IMG/VR virus record: IMGVR_UViG_3300032301_000553
Coordinates: 1 to 25,980 of that record
Source: a virus
Taxonomy: Duplodnaviria > Caudoviricetes
Length of the DNA: 25,980 nucleotides
Strand: one strand, 5' to 3'
Position numbers and translations under genes: made by a program. Positions 16,298-25,572 of the stretch are shown here, one piece after another (position 1 is the stretch's first letter; each line of letters starts with the position of its first letter). A model generated the notes under the pieces. That model searched no databases, was not told the DNA's origin, and saw only the letters and a list, made by a program, of their open reading frames with translations.

Positions 16298-17014
16298 ATG
16301 CTACCAAAGATTGCGACTCCAATTTATGAGTTGGAAATACCATCGCTAAAGAAAAAGATTAGATATCGTCCATTCCTAGTTAAAGAAGAAAAGATTCTCA
16401 TCATTGCAATGGAAAGTGAGGATAGTAAGCAGATTGCAAACGCAGTTAAGACTGTAATTTCGAATTGTATTTTGAGTAAAGGAATAAAGATTGATGATCT
16501 TGCCACATTTGATATTGAGTATCTCTTTTTAAATATTCGTGGCAAGTCAGTTGGTGAGACTGTTGACGTATTAATTACTTGTCCTGATGATGGTACAACA
16601 AAAGTTCCTGTTAGTATCAATCTAGATGAGATTCTGGTACAAGATCAAGAAGGACATTCAAGAGATATTAAGTTGGATGATATTTTGACCATGAGAATGA
16701 AATATCCTTCTATGTCAGAATTCATTAAAAATAACTTTAATAGTGACGAGGGAATTGGTATTAATGAATCATTTGATTTGATTTGTACATGTATTGATCA
16801 AGTTTATTCTGAAGAGGAATCTTGGGTCGGAAGTGATTGCTCTAAGAAAGAACTTTCTGAATTTGTGGAGCAGTTAAATTCTAAACAGTTCAAAGAAATT
16901 GAAAAGTTCTTTGAAACGATGCCCAAACTTTCCCATAATATTAAAATTAAAAATCCAAATACTGGCATTGAGAGTGAAGTGGTATTGGAAGGACTTCCAT
17001 CTTTTTTCGTGTAG
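16298..17014 (+). CDS. gp26: Baseplate hub assembly protein gp26
   Basis: LPKIATPIYEL..RPFLVKEEKIL..FDIEYLFLNIRGKSVGE..CPDDG; CTAAATA at 16265-16271 upstream. Confidence 0.9.
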   Translation: MLPKIATPIYELEIPSLKKKIRYRPFLVKEEKILIIAMESEDSKQIANAVKTVISNCILSKGIKIDDLATFDIEYLFLNIRGKSVGETVDVLITCPDDGTTKVPVSINLDEILVQDQEGHSRDIKLDDILTMRMKYPSMSEFIKNNFNSDEGIGINESFDLICTCIDQVYSEEESWVGSDCSKKELSEFVEQLNSKQFKEIEKFFETMPKLSHNIKIKNPNTGIESEVVLEGLPSFFV

Positions 17015-17120
17015 CACTCTCCCACACGGATTTGGCATCGTATTATAGAACAACATTTTCTTTGATTCAGCACCATAAATATAGTTTGACCGAGTTAGAA
17101 AATATGATGCCGTGGGAGAG
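17002..17120 (+). promoter_or_regulatory. Putative -1 programmed ribosomal frameshift signal
   Basis: T TTT TTC heptamer (17002-17008) in the gp26 frame; 8-nt spacer; 17017-17025 and 17034-17044 pair with 17101-17120. Confidence 0.7.
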
Positions 17121-17187
17121 GGAAGTTTATATTACACTATTACAACAGTATATTGAAGAAGAAAATCTTAAAAATCAACAATCCTAA
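17008..17187 (+). CDS. Short gp51-like baseplate hub assembly ORF in the -1 frame of gp26 (not in the ORF track)
   Basis: RVALSHTDLASYYRTTFSLIQHHKYSLTELENMMPWEREVYITLLQQYIEEENLKNQQS*. No ATG until 17104; TTG at 17032 is the only earlier alternative ahead of the conserved block. Confidence 0.8.
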   Translation, partial: RVALSHTDLASYYRTTFSLIQHHKYSLTELENMMPWEREVYITLLQQYIEEENLKNQQS

Positions 17188-18929
17188 TGGCAGTTATACC
17201 GTCACCACTTTCCAGTTCTATTCAAGGTATTAATCAAACTACCGTATCGGGGAATATTTTTGGTGGTGGCAATAAAGTTGATGCACAAACTCAATCTTCA
17301 ATAGATTCTAATACTTCTGCGGTAGCATCACTTCAGAAACAGGTAAATCAATTATCACAAACTAATGCACAAATTCTTGGCAATCTAACACAAATTGGAA
17401 ATTTTCAGGCACAAGTAGATGGTGTTAGAGTTCAATTGAATGGAATTAGTGATACATTAGAATCGGTTGCAAAAATAACTTCAAATGAGAGTATATTAGA
17501 AAGACAGAAAGATCTTTATGAACAGGAAAAGCAAAAGAGATTAGCAGAAGCAGGAGCACGAGGTGGTCAAGAAAATCTATTAGAAACTAAAATTCAAAGT
17601 GCCTTATCAGAACCAGTAAAGCGTATTGGTAATAAGATATCATTTGGTTTTAATAACTTAATGAGTTTTGTATTTACACTTCTTGGTGGATGGTTAACTG
17701 TTGAAGTAATTAAGTCTCTAAAGGCATTTCAGGATGGTGATAAGAAGAAACTAAATGAGATTAAAGACTCTGTAATTAAAACATTATTGATTGCCGGTGG
17801 CGTATTTACTATTATCAGTTTTGGTATAGGTAAAGTTATTGGAACTATTACTAAACTTGTCGGAAAAATTGGAAAATTCGTAGTTGCAAATACACTTGGA
17901 AAACTTTTTGGAGGAATGGCAAGTCTTGTAAAAGGTGCAAAAAAAGTAGTAACTGGTAATGGTGTAAAAGAAGCGGCGGCCGCAACAAAAGGAGCTGCTG
18001 AAGGTGCTACAAAAGGTGCTGGAGAAGGATTTCTTGGTGGTATTACTAAATCCCTTAAAGGAATTGGAAAATTTGCTGGTCCACTGGTTAATGTTGCTTT
18101 TGGTGGACTTGACTTTATGGGAAGAAAAAAAGAAGGACAAACAACAACTCAGGCAGCTGCCGGAGCAACATCAAGTGTTCTTGCATCCGAAGCTGGCATA
18201 AAAATAGGATCAAAATTTCCCGGATGGACAAAATTTCCGGCTATGATTGGAGGTGGTGCTCTTGGTTATCTTCTTGGTGGAAAGGGATCTGATATTCTCA
18301 CGGGAGTAGATAAACCAAAAGAAAAGGAAAAGGAAAAGACACCTACACCAGTTAAAACAACGCAACCAGAATCAAATAAACCTGCTCCATCAACTTCTAT
18401 GACTCCTCCTGCAAGTAATTTGCAGATCAATTCACCAAATTCTGATAGAAAATTAGATACTCCAAAAGCAACAGAAACTCCAAAAGCACCAGATGAGGAA
18501 AAAGTAAAACAGTTTGAACAGGCATGGCAATATAAAAATAATCCTATGGCAAGAGGAAGAATAGAAAGTGCCTGGAGTAAAATGAGTACTGAGGAACATC
18601 AACAAGCAAAAGATTGGGCGAAATCGAAAGGATATGATTGGAGAGAAATGAAATTACCTGATAATGATAGTAATAAAACTTCTTCAAAACCTTCTACACC
18701 AGATATAGTACCTGCACAGACAACAAAAATGCAAACTGTTCCATTTAATATTGGTCCAGAACCTGAACCAAAACCAAATATTGTTTATGCTCCTTCCAGT
18801 TCTTCCTCACAACAACAAAAGCAACCATTGTCTATTGGGGCGGCCAGCGATGTTCCTAATATTCCATCATCAAATACTGATAATTTCTATACATTATACT
18901 CACAAATTCATTATAATGTAGTACTATAA
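17187..18929 (+). CDS. Tape-measure/hub-like tail protein (gp29-like position)
   Basis: Coiled-coil N-terminus, hydrophobic helices, Gly/Ala-rich middle and Pro-rich tail; follows gp26/gp51. Confidence 0.6.
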   Translation: MAVIPSPLSSSIQGINQTTVSGNIFGGGNKVDAQTQSSIDSNTSAVASLQKQVNQLSQTNAQILGNLTQIGNFQAQVDGVRVQLNGISDTLESVAKITSNESILERQKDLYEQEKQKRLAEAGARGGQENLLETKIQSALSEPVKRIGNKISFGFNNLMSFVFTLLGGWLTVEVIKSLKAFQDGDKKKLNEIKDSVIKTLLIAGGVFTIISFGIGKVIGTITKLVGKIGKFVVANTLGKLFGGMASLVKGAKKVVTGNGVKEAAAATKGAAEGATKGAGEGFLGGITKSLKGIGKFAGPLVNVAFGGLDFMGRKKEGQTTTQAAAGATSSVLASEAGIKIGSKFPGWTKFPAMIGGGALGYLLGGKGSDILTGVDKPKEKEKEKTPTPVKTTQPESNKPAPSTSMTPPASNLQINSPNSDRKLDTPKATETPKAPDEEKVKQFEQAWQYKNNPMARGRIESAWSKMSTEEHQQAKDWAKSKGYDWREMKLPDNDSNKTSSKPSTPDIVPAQTTKMQTVPFNIGPEPEPKPNIVYAPSSSSSQQQKQPLSIGAASDVPNIPSSNTDNFYTLYSQIHYNVVL

Positions 18930-18930
18930 T

Positions 18931-20874
18931 ATGGCAACAACATTTGTACCAACAATTAATATTACTAATGTGTCCAAAGGGATGAAATCCCTCAATTCTG
19001 GACTGGGAAATTTAAAGAAGTCTTCTGATGCCATAAAAACTGTTACTCTCAGGAGAACTAGAATAAAAAGAGAATCTTTTGTCAGAGATAAAGTTCTTTC
19101 AAATATGAGAGAGGAAGCAATTCGAAGAAAGGATCAAGAAAGTATAATCGAAGCTTCTGGAATTGGTGGTGCAATGAGAAGAAGTGCATCAGTTATTGGT
19201 GATAGTACAAAGGGATTTCTTGAGAGAATATTGGATTTTTCCTCCAGTCTTTTGATTGGTTGGTTACTTTATAATTTACCAACAATCATGACGGCAATTG
19301 AAGATTTAATTATTCGAATTAAATCTTTATATAGAATATTGACTGATTTTATGGGAAATATTAAAGATACATTGGTAAATTTTGGAGATCTTCTTTCCGG
19401 AGTATATTATGATATTTCTCATTTTGACTTTACTGATCAATCAAAAAAAGTTCAAGGTGCGATGGATGATTTAAATACTAATTTGGATTTAATGCATGAT
19501 CAATTCATAGAAGGATTTGATATACTCAGCAAACCTCTTGGAGAAGGACCTGGAGAAGAACCAGTTCCAGAATTGAATACTGATTATACTCAACCTGGTC
19601 CTACTACTGGTGAAGGACAGCAATCTCCAAGTTCTTCTAGTGAAGTGGGAGGAGTTCATAAACAAGCCTTGAATATTATTGCAAAATATGAATCCGAAAG
19701 TTCTGGTGGTTATAATGCAATGAATCAGGGCGGAGAAGGTAGTCATGGAATTTATGGTTCTGGAGATTCTCAAAGTCCACGATTGCTTGGAAAAAAATTA
19801 ACTGACATGACTGTTAGTGAAATTATGCGGAGGCAGGCAGAAAATAATAGGTATAGTGGACCAAATAAAGTTGGAATATTTGCTGCCGGAAGATATCAAA
19901 TCATTCCAGATACCTTAAAGGGAATAGTTAAGTCTGGAGTAATTAAACCTTCGGATAAATTTGATGAAAGAACTCAGGATAAGGCAGGTCTACAATTAAT
20001 AAAAGAAAGTGGTATTCAACCTTGGGCATTTGATAGTGCAAGTAGAGCAAGATTCAGTTCAAAAGAATTAAACATTGTTGAAAAGGCAAGAAAAACGCCA
20101 GTATCAATGATACAATCACCACAACCAACACCACCAAAATCAACTCAACCAACTGGAGCATCTGGAAATGTGATTACTGTTGGTAAAGGGATTGTTAATC
20201 AAGGATTTTCTGTAGCAGAAAATAAGTATTTTGCTAAGTCTAAAGGATTTAATCCAAAGGGAGATTCTCCTGTTTGGGCAGGTCATGCATCAAAAGATCA
20301 TGGAACTAATGCTCTTGATGTTACAGATTGGAGGGGATCGGAAGCATCGGGAATTCCAAGATTAAAAAATTTATTCCTATCACTCTATTCGGGTAGAGAA
20401 AAATATGGAATTAAGGCATTAATATTTGATCCAATTGGATATTGGTTCACTGGAATGAAAGATTATAAGAGAGAAGCATATGGTGGGCATCATAATCATT
20501 TACATGTTGGATTTACAAAGTCTGCTGATACTGCACTCAAAAGTGATAAAGAACTTGGTATTGCTGACATAAGTGCTCCAAAACCACAAACACCACCAGC
20601 ACAAGTAACACCATCGAAACCACCGGCACAAGTAACACCATCAAAACCGCAAATAGCACAAGTAACACCACCAAAACCACCAGGACAAAATGTTCCTTCA
20701 GTGGCGCAAGATAAAAAAGGTCCTACAGTTTTGATTGCAGATAATCCCTCATCGCCACCAACACCACAACAAGTTCCCTCATCTAATGAATCACAATTAC
20801 AAATGATTCCTTTTGAAGATTCGTTAAATAGTCTTATTAAGAATCAAATACTTCTAGAGTTGGCGTATACCTAA
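18931..20874 (+). CDS. Tail-associated protein with lysozyme-like and Zn-peptidase-like domains
   Basis: Helical N-terminus; IIAKYES..GYNAMN..AAGRYQIIPDTL..FDERTQD; then H(x6)D-type HASKDHGTNALD and HHNHLHVGF. Confidence 0.7.
   Translation: MATTFVPTINITNVSKGMKSLNSGLGNLKKSSDAIKTVTLRRTRIKRESFVRDKVLSNMREEAIRRKDQESIIEASGIGGAMRRSASVIGDSTKGFLERILDFSSSLLIGWLLYNLPTIMTAIEDLIIRIKSLYRILTDFMGNIKDTLVNFGDLLSGVYYDISHFDFTDQSKKVQGAMDDLNTNLDLMHDQFIEGFDILSKPLGEGPGEEPVPELNTDYTQPGPTTGEGQQSPSSSSEVGGVHKQALNIIAKYESESSGGYNAMNQGGEGSHGIYGSGDSQSPRLLGKKLTDMTVSEIMRRQAENNRYSGPNKVGIFAAGRYQIIPDTLKGIVKSGVIKPSDKFDERTQDKAGLQLIKESGIQPWAFDSASRARFSSKELNIVEKARKTPVSMIQSPQPTPPKSTQPTGASGNVITVGKGIVNQGFSVAENKYFAKSKGFNPKGDSPVWAGHASKDHGTNALDVTDWRGSEASGIPRLKNLFLSLYSGREKYGIKALIFDPIGYWFTGMKDYKREAYGGHHNHLHVGFTKSADTALKSDKELGIADISAPKPQTPPAQVTPSKPPAQVTPSKPQIAQVTPPKPPGQNVPSVAQDKKGPTVLIADNPSSPPTPQQVPSSNESQLQMIPFEDSLNSLIKNQILLELAYT
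20599..20670 (+). repeat. Three copies of GCACAAGTAACACCA (AQVTP) in a Pro-rich linker
   Basis: Copies start at 20599, 20626 and 20656. Confidence 0.85.
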
Positions 20875-22223
20875 TGGCAGCAATTAATAAGTCAATTTAT
20901 GAGGAATTGACACTAGAATCAAATGATCAAAAGAGAACGATTGATATTAGACAAGGTACAGTATCAATTGACTATTATGAAGATATTTTTTCACCAACCA
21001 TTACTGCCAAGATTAGAGTAATTAATACCGGAGATAGCATTCAAGCACCTGATAAGGAAGGAAATCCTGATGGAGAAAAGCAATCAATTTATAATGGTCT
21101 TCCTCTTCGTGGTGGTGAAAGAGTTGCATTAAAGATTAAGGGCAACTCTAATGACAATCCTGGATTAGATTTTGCCACAAATCAAAAAGATTGTTTATAT
21201 GTTTCAAGTATTACTGATATTGTATCAGAGACTCAAAGAGAAACATTTTTATTGCACTTAACTTCAAGAGAAGCAATCACGAATGAAACTTCGAGAGTTG
21301 GAAAAAAATATCCTACAAGTTCAACGATTGATGCATCAGTAACAGATATTCTTAAAAACTATCTAAAGACTGAAAAGATTGGAACAATTGACAAGACACA
21401 AAACAAATATGGATTCATTGGCAATCTAAGAAAACCATTCACAATCTTAGTATGGTTAGCATCAAAAGGAGTTCCCGCAGAAATTTCTGGAGATGCAACG
21501 GCAGGATTTGTATTCTACCAAACCAGAGAAGGATTTCAATTTAGATCGATTGATAGTCTAATCTCACAAAAACCAGATCAAATTCCAACATATACTTATA
21601 CGCAGGTTAATGAATCTGGAAAGACCAGAGACAATGATTTTGCAATTTTAAATTATAAGACAGAGAAGAATCAAAATTTAATTGAAAAATTAAGACTTGG
21701 TTCTTATGCGAGTTATCGTATTTTTTATAATCCACTAACATTTGAATTCACCGATCCTCAAAAAGGAACATTCACGACTGATGATTATGTGAGTGGAGTA
21801 AAAAATCTTGGACAAGAACTTGAATTGCCTAAAATTTCTAATGATTCTAATATTGATCTTGGACATATTCCAACCAGATTTTTAACTCAGGTACTGGATA
21901 TTGGTACAATGGAACCAGGAGTTTCTAAAGAAGGTAATTCTGATCCATTTAAGTATCAATCTCAGGCAATTATGAGATACAATATGTTGTTCACACAAAC
22001 TATGAGTATTGTTGTGGGATCAAATACAAATCTAAAAGCAGGAGATATTATTCAGTGCAACTTTCCTAAAATCTCAAGAGGAGATAAAGAAGAGTATGAT
22101 AAGGAACAAAGTGGTCTATATATGATAAAAGAACTGTGTCATCATTTTGATAGTAATGCATCGTATACTTCGATGAAATTGATTAGAGATACTTTCGGAG
22201 CACATGGTACAAACGACAAATAA
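20874..22223 (+). CDS. Baseplate hub protein (gp27-like)
   Basis: YYEDIFSPTITA..LPLRGGE..FYQTREGFQFRSID..GDII..SGLYMIKELCH..LIRD; directly before gp5. Confidence 0.65.
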   Translation: MAAINKSIYEELTLESNDQKRTIDIRQGTVSIDYYEDIFSPTITAKIRVINTGDSIQAPDKEGNPDGEKQSIYNGLPLRGGERVALKIKGNSNDNPGLDFATNQKDCLYVSSITDIVSETQRETFLLHLTSREAITNETSRVGKKYPTSSTIDASVTDILKNYLKTEKIGTIDKTQNKYGFIGNLRKPFTILVWLASKGVPAEISGDATAGFVFYQTREGFQFRSIDSLISQKPDQIPTYTYTQVNESGKTRDNDFAILNYKTEKNQNLIEKLRLGSYASYRIFYNPLTFEFTDPQKGTFTTDDYVSGVKNLGQELELPKISNDSNIDLGHIPTRFLTQVLDIGTMEPGVSKEGNSDPFKYQSQAIMRYNMLFTQTMSIVVGSNTNLKAGDIIQCNFPKISRGDKEEYDKEQSGLYMIKELCHHFDSNASYTSMKLIRDTFGAHGTNDK

Positions 22224-24517
22224 TGCAAGAATCCTCATTAAAAACTAATTTTCTAGGAAGAGACGGATTTCGTTGGTGGATTGGGCAGGTCGCACCAATT
22301 AAGGCACAAGGTGCTCAAATTAATGGTGGGGGATGGGGAAATCGCCATAAAGTTCGGATTATGGGATATCATCCCTTTGACAATGAACTTCCTGATAATG
22401 ATCTTCCTTGGGCACAATGTTTACTTCCAACCACTGCAGGAACTGGTGCAGGAAATTATGCAACAAATACAAAAATTCAACAGGGTGATATTGTATTTGG
22501 ATTCTTTTTAGATACTGATAATGCTCAGACTCCGGTAATTGTTGGGTGTTTTGGAAGAACTTCTCAGGTATTGACTGGAGATTATGCCGGACCATTTAAA
22601 CCATTTACTGGTTATACTGAGAGAGTTAAAAAACCTGATGGAACTCCAGGAATTGGAGTATTAATACCAGATCAATCCAATGAATCAAATGCAAATAGTC
22701 AAGAATCTCCAATCAGTGCCCCAATAGCAGTCGCCGCACAAGTAAATAAGATTTCGTACTATGGGGGAATTGGTGAAAAGACTACTTTTGCCGATACTTG
22801 CAATTCCTCTTATGTTACAAATGCAATTACATCGGAGATTGATAATCTATTAAATAAAGTTCAGAACGGGGCGAATACATTTTTAAAGATTGGTGATGAA
22901 ATCAATAAAGTCACGGATCGTATTCAAAGTCTTGCGAATGGGATTGTTGGAAAAATGTTCAACTTTCTCTACACCAAATTAGAAAGTTTATTGCGAGATG
23001 GTTTAGATAAATTATATAAGACAACAGTGGCGGCGGCAATAAATCCTGCCATCGGACATCTTGCCGGAGTCGCCGCACAAACTGGAATGCTGGGTCCAGT
23101 TGGAAAATTGCAGGATGCAATTAGTTGTGTTGCAAATAAAGTGGTAGAAGGTCTGAAGGGAATGATTAAAGAACTATTGAATTCTTTAATTGATAATGTA
23201 ATGAACTTTGTAACTTGTGCCGCGAATCAGTTTATAGGATCATTTCTTAATAAGATCATTGATGATATTGTGGGTGGACTGGGCCCCGCAATCGATGGAG
23301 TATCCAAAATATTATCACCAACATTTAAGATTGCAGATTTTCTTCGTAGTTCGGTAGATTCTATTCGTACAATTGCTGGATTTTTTGATTGTGGTCAAGG
23401 AAATGAAAAGTGTTCCAATTTAATTACAGAATGGAAAACTGGATGTGGTGCAAAAATCCCAGGTTTGGATCAATTTTCTGAAATTTTGGATACTATGAAT
23501 ATAGAGGCATCAAGCAGTCTTCCAGTTGGAAATTGTTATACTGGAGTACCGACTAAATGTAATGCACCATCGGTAAATATTTTTGGTGGTGGTGGATCTG
23601 GTGCAATGGGAACTACAATCTTGGGATCTTTTGTGAATAATACTCCCGGTTTAAGTGGAGTGATTGATTCAGTTTCAACAACGGCAAGTATTATTGGTGT
23701 AAATATCACAAATCCTGGAAGTAATTATCGTTTTCCACCATTTGTCGAGTTTGTGGATAATTGTAATAAGGGATATGGTGCAGTTGGTAGATCGGTAATT
23801 AATGATAAGGGAGAAGTTACTGCTATTTACTTGGTTTCAACTGGCGAAAATTATCCAGTCAGTCAATCCCAAATTATTTCATATACCTTTGGAACTATTC
23901 CAACATCGATTAATGAAGGAAGCACTGGAACTTTCAATGTCAATACTATCGAAGTATCAAATGGCACTACATTATATTGGACTATTAATAATGCAACCAC
24001 TACTGGTGCAGACTTCAGTGCCACTTCAGGTTTTTTTCAAATTAATAATAATTCTGGATCATTTGATATCACTACTCTTCCCGATTCTTTAGTAGAAGGT
24101 GATGAAACTTTTACGGTTTCTATTCGTACTGATAGTGATATTGGAACAGTGGTGGCAATAAGTGATAGTGTTGCAATTAATGATGCCATTGTTCCAAATC
24201 CCACTCCAAACAATAATCCAATTCCAAATAATCCTTATATTGGATCAACAGTAAATGATGTTATTGTGGATGATACTGGATCAAATTATTCAACTGGAGA
24301 TATTGGAATTGATACTTTTGGAAATACTTATACTCTAATCATCAATAATGGGCAGATCATTCGGGCACAACCAATAAATAAGATTGAGGTAGATGATTTG
24401 CCAGTTATTGCTGTTAAGTCTGATACTGGATCTGGTGCAATACTGAGACCGATTTTGGGTCGAATTAATCCAGTCCCACAAGGCAAAATACAATTTATTA
24501 GAGATTGTCCGGATTAA
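22223..24517 (+). CDS. gp5: gp5-like baseplate hub/spike protein, N-terminal part
   Basis: OB-fold FRWWIGQV..RHKVRIMGYH..LPWAQ..GDIVFGFFLD..QTPVIVG; no T4-type lysozyme recognised. Confidence 0.8.
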   Translation: MQESSLKTNFLGRDGFRWWIGQVAPIKAQGAQINGGGWGNRHKVRIMGYHPFDNELPDNDLPWAQCLLPTTAGTGAGNYATNTKIQQGDIVFGFFLDTDNAQTPVIVGCFGRTSQVLTGDYAGPFKPFTGYTERVKKPDGTPGIGVLIPDQSNESNANSQESPISAPIAVAAQVNKISYYGGIGEKTTFADTCNSSYVTNAITSEIDNLLNKVQNGANTFLKIGDEINKVTDRIQSLANGIVGKMFNFLYTKLESLLRDGLDKLYKTTVAAAINPAIGHLAGVAAQTGMLGPVGKLQDAISCVANKVVEGLKGMIKELLNSLIDNVMNFVTCAANQFIGSFLNKIIDDIVGGLGPAIDGVSKILSPTFKIADFLRSSVDSIRTIAGFFDCGQGNEKCSNLITEWKTGCGAKIPGLDQFSEILDTMNIEASSSLPVGNCYTGVPTKCNAPSVNIFGGGGSGAMGTTILGSFVNNTPGLSGVIDSVSTTASIIGVNITNPGSNYRFPPFVEFVDNCNKGYGAVGRSVINDKGEVTAIYLVSTGENYPVSQSQIISYTFGTIPTSINEGSTGTFNVNTIEVSNGTTLYWTINNATTTGADFSATSGFFQINNNSGSFDITTLPDSLVEGDETFTVSIRTDSDIGTVVAISDSVAINDAIVPNPTPNNNPIPNNPYIGSTVNDVIVDDTGSNYSTGDIGIDTFGNTYTLIINNGQIIRAQPINKIEVDDLPVIAVKSDTGSGAILRPILGRINPVPQGKIQFIRDCPD

Positions 24518-24518
24518 A

Positions 24519-25061
24519 ATGTCAGAAAAAAATTGGGATGCAAGGGATATTCTGAGTTTAGGTCCAAAGTTTCGGATTGATATTAACAATCCTTCAATGG
24601 GATCTGATGGTAATGATGTGTATAATATGTACGCCGTTACTGATTCTAAAGAAGTTTCACTCACCGGATTAACCGAAGGTGGAACTTATAGAATCTATAA
24701 TGATGGCGTTACTGAAATTGTTGCCGGATACAAAAATCAAGGATCAGTTGATATTGTGATTACTGGTAAGAATGGTGATATTTGCATCACTGCCGAAAAG
24801 AATGGAAGAGTTCGTATTCGTGGTAAAAATATTATGATACAGGCAGATGAGGATGTGGATATTAAGGCAGGAAGAAATATCACACTCAAATCTGGTTCAG
24901 GAAGAATTTTACTGGACGGAAATAAGATTGATAGAAATGCACTAACTGGTAATATGGTTGAAAATACTTGGGCACATAATGTATTCAAGGGAAGTCAGGT
25001 AGGTGGAGATGTTGTTAAGGCTGCTTTTGATATTGCAACACCTCTTATTACTGGAAAATAG
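24519..25061 (+). CDS. Beta-helical spike-like protein (gp5 C-terminal-like)
   Basis: Repeating short beta strands: GDICITAEKNGRVRIRGKNIMIQADEDVDIKAGRNITLKSG. Confidence 0.6.
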   Translation: MSEKNWDARDILSLGPKFRIDINNPSMGSDGNDVYNMYAVTDSKEVSLTGLTEGGTYRIYNDGVTEIVAGYKNQGSVDIVITGKNGDICITAEKNGRVRIRGKNIMIQADEDVDIKAGRNITLKSGSGRILLDGNKIDRNALTGNMVENTWAHNVFKGSQVGGDVVKAAFDIATPLITGK

Positions 25062-25063
25062 CA

Positions 25064-25546
25064 ATGACAAATATCACAGTTACAGGTCAGGAGGCATATT
25101 TTAACGAAGACGCCAAATTTTTTAAAGATCTCTACATTTATGGGACACTTTATTATGAATTTGAGGCAAAGGGAAAGGAAAAAATTGGCGATATTGATGT
25201 AAATGGGACATCAAACTTCTTTGGACCTGCTAATTTTTATGGTGATGTTAATATTGAGTTTGTAACAGTTAAAAGGAGACTGAATGTTGGTATTGGTGGA
25301 ACAACACTAACTGCAAATAATGATATTGGAAAAGTTGGTATTGGGACAACTGTTCCACAACAAAAACTGGATGTTGCAGGAAGTGTAAAAATAGATAAAT
25401 ACATTTACGATTCTGTCAACTCTCCTGGAAAAAATGGATATTATTTAGAGCGGGATTTGGGGGGAATTAGGTGGATTCCCGAAACTACAGATGATTTTGA
25501 TGGCATTATGATACAAAATCAAGGATCATTTATCGGAAATGTTTAA
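25064..25546 (+). CDS. Tail-fibre-like structural protein
   Basis: GKVGIGTTVPQQKLDVAG fibre repeat motif. Confidence 0.6.
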   Translation: MTNITVTGQEAYFNEDAKFFKDLYIYGTLYYEFEAKGKEKIGDIDVNGTSNFFGPANFYGDVNIEFVTVKRRLNVGIGGTTLTANNDIGKVGIGTTVPQQKLDVAGSVKIDKYIYDSVNSPGKNGYYLERDLGGIRWIPETTDDFDGIMIQNQGSFIGNV

Positions 25547-25572
25547 ATTTAAAATGGTAATTAGGGGATAAA

